From: Selaginella moellendorffii
Lineage: Eukaryota; Plantae; Lycopodiophyta
Direction of reading: 5' to 3'
Assembly: GCF_000143415.4 (NCBI RefSeq)
Contig: NW_003314328.1
Location: 321,458-336,655, forward strand
Length of the DNA stretch: 15,198 nt
Positions 8,181 through 15,198 of the stretch are shown here, one piece after another; position 1 is the stretch's first letter; the number at the start of each line of letters is the position of its first letter. The position numbers and the translations under genes are program-made. The notes beneath the pieces are model-generated. The model saw only the letters and a program-made list of their open reading frames with translations. It searched no databases and had not been told where the DNA came from.

Positions 8181-9706
8181 ATTATTTTTAGGAATCATAT
8201 AATATATTGAGATTAACATTTAGTCTAGTTTGCTCCTACTATGCTATACCCAAAGTAGGGCATCAAGAAAGCCAGATTCTCATCACATCACATATTGACA
8301 TTAACATCTGATTTAGTTTGGTTTTACTAGGTAGTTAAATTTGAGGGGTTAATAGTCTTCAGTTTGAATCCCATAAGTATAATCCCAAGGAAGAGGGCTC
8401 CTGTGGGGAAGGTTTGAATATATAAATTCTAAATTTTAACATTAATAAGATTGAACCCATAATATGTTTCCATCTTTCATATAACTAAGTAGCACCAAGA
8501 TACATTATGCAATATACAAGAAAATCTTGAAACTTACTAGCAATGGAAAGTGTGCCATATATATGAATTTCAATGTGAAAATACCACCACAATGTTTAGG
8601 ATACTCTTTTCTCTAGACACTTTATATAAATCACTAATAAGATAAAATGGAGTAATACCTAGGTGTGATAGTGAGTGTGCCAATGAACATGTTAGTGATA
8701 TTAAGTGAATAATGCAAGGGTTTTGAAACTATAAGTGCAAATATATAAAATAACAAAAATAAAATCACTAAAATAAAAATTGCAAATAATCACATAAAAT
8801 TTCCCTTCTTATATTTGTATGTTCTAAAGGCATACTTGATAACCAATTCCTCAATTAGTTTGAGTGGAAATTGATAAACTGTTAACATCATAGTATGACT
8901 CATGAGAATAATGTTTCAATGCACTAGTTAACGTAACTTTCAATACTTACAATGACATTTACTACAAATCATCATTTAAATTACGTTTACAATGTGGCAA
9001 TTTGCTTTATTGCCTTGCATTCTCAACAATTACATGTTTGAGTGGTTTCTTAAATTTATTATTATTTTAATTTACACTACTAAAGTTAAGACCTCCATAA
9101 TGTAAATTGCAAAATATATCTATTTAGTTTAAAACATTTTATAACTTAATTGCAGCCCTTAAATGAATATTATTATATTTATAAATATAAGGTTTACCTT
9201 GAAAACAATTTATTGAATATCTTATAAAAATATATAGGTTTAAATTCATAAACCCTAATCTACTATTCATATGATAACAAGCTTAGTATATATTCTGTAA
9301 AAAATTTTGAAATATAAATGAGTTTATTATATAGTTATAAGATATATAAAATTATTATTAACACAAAGACAAGTAATAATGCAAGAAAATAATCCAGGTC
9401 GATAAAAGAATTTTACTTTAATTGTAAAATATTTTAATATAAAAAAATAATTTTTTACATGATCTTGTCTTATTAATTAATGTTTCTTAAACTACCAGTA
9501 AGAGAAAATAATTATATTAAAAACTTTATAAATCATTTAAATATAGGAACAAGTAAGCAGAGACTATACTATCACTATATAATGAAAGTGAAGTTTATTT
9601 TGTACTTAACCCTTAATACTAATATAAGTGTGTTCAACTATTAAAGATAAAGTAAAGGTAGGATATGTGTTTGTTGGCATCTTTAAATTAAGAATTATAA
9701 AATATA

Positions 9707-10556
9707 ATGTATTTAATTAAATTCAATATATGTATTTTATTATTTTGCATATTTGTAACAAGATCAATAGCCCCATTATATAGGCCTAAATTTGGAAGGT
9801 TTATTTTTCTAAAGCCAGATGATATAGAAAAAATACTAGGTGCATTTAGTAATTTAATTAGTAAAATAAGTAGAGATAATCCAATGGAGTGATTATTGAA
9901 GTATCAAAGGGATTACTTAGTCTTGAGTTTAAAAGAAAGAATCAATGCTCTATAGAAGGTACTTTAGATAATATTTTGGAAGGGCTTTAATTGCAGGATT
10001 TCAGAATCTTATAAATCAAAATTGTAATGATATTTTAGAAAAAAATTCAGATTATTTTCAAAATGAAAGCTTCAATTATTTTATAAAATATAAATTAGTA
10101 CAAGAGTAGGAAAAATTCTTTCTAATAAACCAACTGAATAAGATTGATGATCCTTATTATTGTCATTTATTATCAAGAACACTTATAAATCCCTAAATAC
10201 TTTATGAAGATCAATTTTAAATTCTCCTAACAAAAACAATGTTTTACTAATGGAATCAAACTGTAATATAGTTCTATATTTATTAATCACTAAAAAAGAT
10301 TTGGGAAGTTAAACCATCTATAAAGGATGCTACAGATTGTAAACTTATATTACAAATTGATGGAAATTTAGTTTTGAATTTTCAGAATGTAGTAGTATGG
10401 GCTAGTAATAAATATTGTTCAGACAAACCACAATGTATATTATCTGTACTTTTAACAGTTCAAAATGATTGTAACTTAGTAATATATTTAACTAAATTTC
10501 TTAATAATATATTATGTGCATCAAACACATTTAACCATCCTTTATGTACAAAATAA
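9707..10556 (+). pseudogene. Frameshifted intronless gene for a secreted protein with a C-terminal bulb-type (GNA/B-type) mannose-binding lectin domain
   Basis: Signal-peptide-like start MYLIKFNICILLFCIFVTRSIA. The C-terminal reconstruction across two frameshifts (~10215 and ~10290) reads ILYEDQ/LNSPNKNNVLLMESNCNIVLYLLIT/KKIWEVKPSIKDATDCKLILQIDGNLVLNFQNVVVWASNKYCSDKPQCILSVLLTVQNDCNLVIYLTKFLNNILCASNTF. It has three QxDxNxVxY-type repeats, each followed by a W-x-S/T-type segment. Further frameshifts and stops occur at 9890-10200. Confidence 0.85.
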
Positions 10557-11663
10557 GATTTAATTAAATTAAATTAAAATTTATTTATAATTAAATTTTA
10601 AATATTATAAATGTTAGTTTTTGTCTTGTTATTTTTTGGAATTACTTCTTTTTTTGCAAGATGAGTTAAAGTTACATTTGATGCACATGGTAGGGTGAGT
10701 AGAAGTTATGTTTAATGCATATGGTAGAATGATCTAGCAAGTAAAAAGGAAGTTGGCCAAGTGACAAAGTTAAAGTTGTTTTTTTTTTATAGAAAAATAG
10801 AGAATAATTTTTTAATATCAAATGTAATTTCCATTACTAGATTCATTAAATTTTGAATCTCAAAAGTTCTTCTATCATTGATTCAAGTGATATATCATTA
10901 TGTCATCTAGTTTAAAATGATTGTAACTTAGTAATATATTTGATTTGATTTGATTTGATTTTGTTTTTTTTTAATTAAATTTTAACTATTATAAATGTTA
11001 ATTGTTGTCTTGTCATTTTTTGAACTATTTCATGTTTTGCAAGGTGAGTGGAAACTATGTTTAATGCACATGCCAGAGTTATATGGCAAGTAAGAAGGAA
11101 GTTCACTAGGTGGCAAAGTTAAAGTTTTTTTTCTTCTAGAAAAAATAGAGAATAATTTTCTAATATTAAATGTAATTTCTCATTACTAGTTTTATTAAAT
11201 TTTGAATCTCATAAACTCTTCTATCATTGATTCAAGTGATAGTTCAAAATGATTGTAACTTATTAATATATTTAATTAAATTTCCCAATAATATTTTATG
11301 GGTATCAAACACATTTTACCATCCTTTATGTATAAAATAAGATTTAATTTAATTTAATTTAAATTTATTTTTTATTAAATGTTTACTATTATAAATGTTA
11401 ATTGTTGTCTTTTCATTTTTTAGAGCTATTTATTGTTTTGCAAAGTGAGTGGAAGTTATGTTTGATGCATATGGCAGAATGATATAGCATGTAAAATGGA
11501 AGTTAGCCAGGTGGCAAAATTAAAGTTGTTTTTTCCTTATAGAAAAAATAGAGAATAATTTCCTAATACCAAATGTAATTGCCATTACTAGTTTTGTTAT
11601 ATTTTGAATCTCAAGAGCTCTTCTATCATCAATTCAAGTAATACATCATTATATCACCTAGTT
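10457..11663 (+). repeat. Tandem triplication: units 10457-10908, 10909-11240 and 11241-~11663
   Basis: Each unit starts AGTTYAAAATGATTGTAACTTA. They share ...TATTATAAATGTTA..., ...AGAAAAA(A)TAGAGAATAATTT... and ...TTTTGAATCTCA...CTATCAT..ATTCAAGT. Unit 2 carries deletions. Confidence 0.95.
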
Positions 11664-12380
11664 AATGCATTTTATGAGATGTCAACAAAATCATAGCTAC
11701 TATTACCACCTTAATTCTACTGAGTCCAATAAGAATGAAAGCCATGTGTAATGGTGACATTTAATTGCTCATGTGGAACAAAGTGTATGCACTCCATTTA
11801 GCAAATTATAAATAAAGACTATTTAGCAAAACTATAAACAAAGATTTTAGTTACCTTGATAAACAAAAGCCAACAAAAGTTTTTAAAAATGAAATCTTTA
11901 TAAGCCAACTTGGTAAAGAGGCAATTGCTTTGTTAGGGGATGGTTTATACTTGAGTTAAGGTTACAAATTGAGCTCAATTTAGCTCAAGTCAATGGTAGT
12001 TAACATACTCAAGCATAAGTTTTATAAGGAAATGTCATATCAGAAAAATGTTATTCTTTTGTAAACCTGAAATTCATGAATTTAGATGTCAATGTTTCAG
12101 AGAAATTTTTATTTTTTTGAACCTATTCATGGAGAAAACTTCTAATTTCTAATGTGACTTATATAATAAAATACTGATTGAGTAGTTTCTAAAATGAAAA
12201 GTTTATCTGACAATTGTTTGAGCTTTTTTGGTCCCAAATAAAAATGGTTATATTGAAATTTGCACAAACCTGAAATTTCTATTGTATATTTTGACATTTT
12301 GACATTTCAACAATTGACTAGAAATATATAAACAATTTAAAACATTGATTCACTTATTCATTCTTTAGGGTTTTACATAG

Positions 12381-12607
12381 ATGGGAAGCAAAGAAGATAA
12401 ATATCTGTGAGTAATTTTAGCATATAAAAATATGAGAATGTGAATTTTATTTCACTACCACAATTTTTATATTACACTTTTTAGTCCTCATTACTCATAT
12501 AGGATTGTGGAAACCATTATCACTATTGATAAAAATGCTCTTATTACTTCTGAAACAACGATCCAAAGCAAGAGAAGAAAAGAAATGGACAACACAAAGA
12601 TTGAAAG
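12381..12607 (+). other. Possible spliced coding fragment, exons 12381-12406 and 12503-12607
   Basis: ATG...CT|GTGAGT, 96-bp intron, TAG|G...AG|GTAAT. Splicing gives in-frame MGSKEDKYLIVETIITIDKNALITSETTIQSKRRKEMDNTKIE. No recognisable family. Confidence 0.3.
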
Positions 12608-12899
12608 GTAATCTTGCAAAAAGACATATTTGTGTGCCTATGTGCGTTTGCCATTATTATATATGGCAAGCTAGCTATATAAAATAAAACTACATATTAA
12701 TTATGTGTTAGTTTTTAACTTCTAGAATCCTATAACCACTTGTCTCTAATAGTAAGTTGTAATTATTGAGATTGACAATTATGATTCAATATATTGCCAT
12801 GTCATAATAAAACATCATTAGATTGAAACATAGTATATTAATAAGAGAATTCTTATTGTTGGAGAGTTTAATTTTTTATTTTTGTTGCAATGGTTTGGA

Positions 12900-14369
12900 A
12901 GTTTATTTTTGGTTTTAGAGGCATTTCATATGAGTCTCTGCCTCCATCTCCAAGCTCAACCAATAATTCACTTTCACTTTTATGCAACAATCCTCCTTTT
13001 CATTTTGATGGGTGTTGTGAGGCTTTTTCATTTGCAACCTTAAATGCAACTAAACAAGCATTCCCTCTTTATGATGTTGGCCAAATTGTTTATTAAATGG
13101 AGTCATGCTTGTGGCCTTCTTTAGCAGCTAGTCATCTTCAAGTTTTGTAAGCTCAATAATGACAAAGTTCTTGAATGAAAACTGCTCAGAATCATCCCTT
13201 ATGAAAGGCACTAGAAACATCTCCTCTTCATATATAGTTTATGAAATGTAGATGGTCCTCCTCATCATAATTTCCATCATATTGTCTAAACCTTTTTCTC
13301 CTTCACTAAATTTGTTATTGAGGTTGTTCAGAATGTGCTCATATATAAGCTTTGACTTTAAGTTGTTATAAATAATCTCATCTAGAGTCTTGCCCACTAG
13401 GAAACAACCTTTGTGAGTAACCTTCAAATAAATGTGCACAATATTTACTTTTATGACAAGTAATCTTTGTTATGATATCAAACCACTCCTTTGGGCTTCG
13501 AGGGTTGGCCACATTGAGTAATTTCTTTACCTTTGTCTTCTTTATGATGTTGATTTTCTCGTCAATTCCAGCTAAATGTTCCAAGAGTTCTTGATCATTT
13601 TTAGCCTAATGTGACTATGCATATGTGTCTTGCCTAACCTTCACTAATGGCTGAAAACAACACAAATATTCAATAATAAAAAGTAGATTGAGAAAAACAT
13701 ACCTTACTCCACATAGCTATCATAAAAGCTATTGGATTCTTATACCATTTATTGGCATCTTGACAACCTCATTGATGCCGAATAAGTGACGCTAAATTGT
13801 CACTACAGTGGCTGCAGATTGTATCCTTATTTAGATTGGCAAAAAACTAAATTGCTCAATATCATGCATTAAGCTTTGCTTTTGCACTATAAATTGTCCT
13901 AGCTTACAAAATTCAAATTGTCAAAAGTGATTGAAGAGGGAGAGGTACTTATGCATTAATTTTATGGTAAGCTAACACAACATTTGCCATATTTAAAGAT
14001 CCTCTCACGTGTACATTTCCAACTAGAACATTGATGTGGTAAAAAGGATTCTTGGAGGTAAAGTAGACTGAATGATGTTTGTCTGAGTGAATTGACATAA
14101 TAGGATCTCTCAAATTATATCTCTTGGGCCTTCTCACTTGAGAGACTCTAGAATCATGTAAATGGCCTTCTCTTTGGTTCTCAAAACCATCTCCTAAAAG
14201 CACTTATTCATGACATGTTTAGGTAGCTCCATTTTTCTTTTAGCTTCAACTAGACCTCCAATAGCACTATTATCAAATCTAGCTCTCAACTCAAGCCCAA
14301 CATCCCCCTTAGACTCTATTGGGCACTACTCTATAATGTAGCTAGTTTCTGCCATATTTTATGAATAAA
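12900..14369 (-). pseudogene. Further degraded coding-like sequence downstream of the MULE catalytic region (probably the same element)
   Basis: Broken minus-strand frames, including track ORFs 13949..14203, 13378..13584 and 13239..13439, are co-oriented with the transposase and separated by splice-like signals. No domain was confidently recognised. Confidence 0.4.
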
Positions 14370-15198
14370 CCTACCATTATTTGCCAATTCCTTAAATGCT
14401 AATTGGAAATTTGGCTTGATAAGGTGGTAGTGTTGGCTTAGGCTCTGAGCCTAATGGAACTCACAAGTCCTCTCATGACCTTCTAAGGGTTGACCATTCC
14501 TAAAGACTACCTCGACGCCATTCCAATTAGCCTCAGCTCCATTTGTTCTGAAAACTCAAAAGTTGGCAAGCTTATCAATCCGCTTTAGTACAATGTCGGA
14601 GAGGGACTTCCAAAATATTTCTTGAGCCATTTGGTCTTGTACTTTAAACTTTACTGTTGCAATTGTCAAGTTGGAACATAGTCTATGAAAAAAGCAATGC
14701 TTAAAACCATTTTAAGACAGTGAGAAAAAATATTTATCTCGGATCATACACATGAGCTCCCATGGTTGTTCAACCTGCTACCCGCTCTATATAGTCAAAA
14801 TGTACCCATGCATTAGCAAGGTCACTCAACCTAGATATATCTCACTCAACAAGATCCAAACAAGAGGCATGGCCTATGGTAAACATTTTGAAAATGAAGG
14901 GGCACTCTTGCTCACTAACAACTTGATCTAAAAATAAACTCCCATAGATAAACTCATAAGGACAAGTTTGTTTTAGTTCAAGGATAGAGTCAATTTTTTA
15001 CTGGAGTTTCCCGTCTTGAGACTCACACATCCAATATTTTATCCTAAATAAAAATAAAATATAAAAGAAATACTATTGAAAAGTATATAATAATATTTTC
15101 TTACCTCTTGAGGTTAGTTGCAGGTTGCACACATCGTAGTAACTCCTACAAGCTAGCCTCATCTAGTTGAGTATTCTTGCAGCCTACATTGAGTAAGG
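14370..15198 (-). mobile_element. Mutator-like (MULE) DDE transposase pseudogene with two short introns
   Basis: Exons >15198-15105, 15043-14738 and 14682-~14370 splice in phase. The introns are 61 bp (GT-AG) and 55 bp (donor apparently mutated to AT). Translation: ...PFIFKMFTIGHASCLDLVE*DISRLSDLANAWVHFDYIERVAG*TTMGAHVYDPRLCSNLTIATVKFKVQDQMAQEIFWKSLSDIV...ANF*VFRTNGAEANWNGVEVVFRNGQPLEGHERTCEFH*AQSL. It shows the first catalytic D (HFD), the second D position as N, and the Mutator CxxH motif (CEFH, 14465-14454). Many in-frame stops. Confidence 0.85.

Noticed and set aside
7661-8182. 173-aa ORF MASKSRKETP... as a standalone gene
   Set aside because: It overlaps the adjacent frame, which continues coherently for ~340 codons. 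Its ATG could be the true start if a frameshift lies near the 5' end, but this cannot be shown from the window.
11797-11846. ~25-bp tandem duplication TTTAGCAAA..TATAAAYAAAGA
   Set aside because: Ordinary local slippage duplication in AT-rich DNA.
13420-13470. Possible SWIM zinc finger (TCHKSKYCAH)
   Set aside because: Cys/His spacing does not fit CxC-xn-CxH convincingly and the frame is broken.
14438-14454. Perfect 8-bp inverted repeat TTAGGCTC-T-GAGCCTAA
   Set aside because: It lies within transposase coding sequence and depends on a decay mutation (TGG>TAG), so it is most likely chance.

Overview
Eukaryotic, transposon-rich DNA, most likely from a land plant. It has Arabidopsis-type CCCTAAA repeats, GT-AG introns and 55-61 bp introns that would fit a compact genome such as Selaginella (inference only). 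A 100-N scaffold gap at 3973-4072 splits the window. Left of the gap is an apparently intact minus-strand gene that the ORF track misses because it runs off the window edge (ATG 1176-1174, intron 1173-935, then 311 stop-free codons). Its last visible ~85 aa resemble a ParB/Sulfiredoxin-like domain (FYAVSGQHS..A). The gene sits in an array of about 12 copies of a 22-bp imperfect palindrome, ATGGCRTGWGGCCWCAYGCCAT. Right of the gap is a stack of decayed elements. In order these are a 12-bp tandem array, a Ty3/Gypsy chromovirus integrase C-terminus with chromodomain, a putative LTR and a stop-riddled coiled-coil ORF. Next comes an AT-rich pseudogene for a secreted bulb-type (GNA) lectin whose 3' end is tandemly triplicated, and finally an intron-containing Mutator (MULE) transposase pseudogene. 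All family assignments come from manual translation and motif recognition; no database searches were run.
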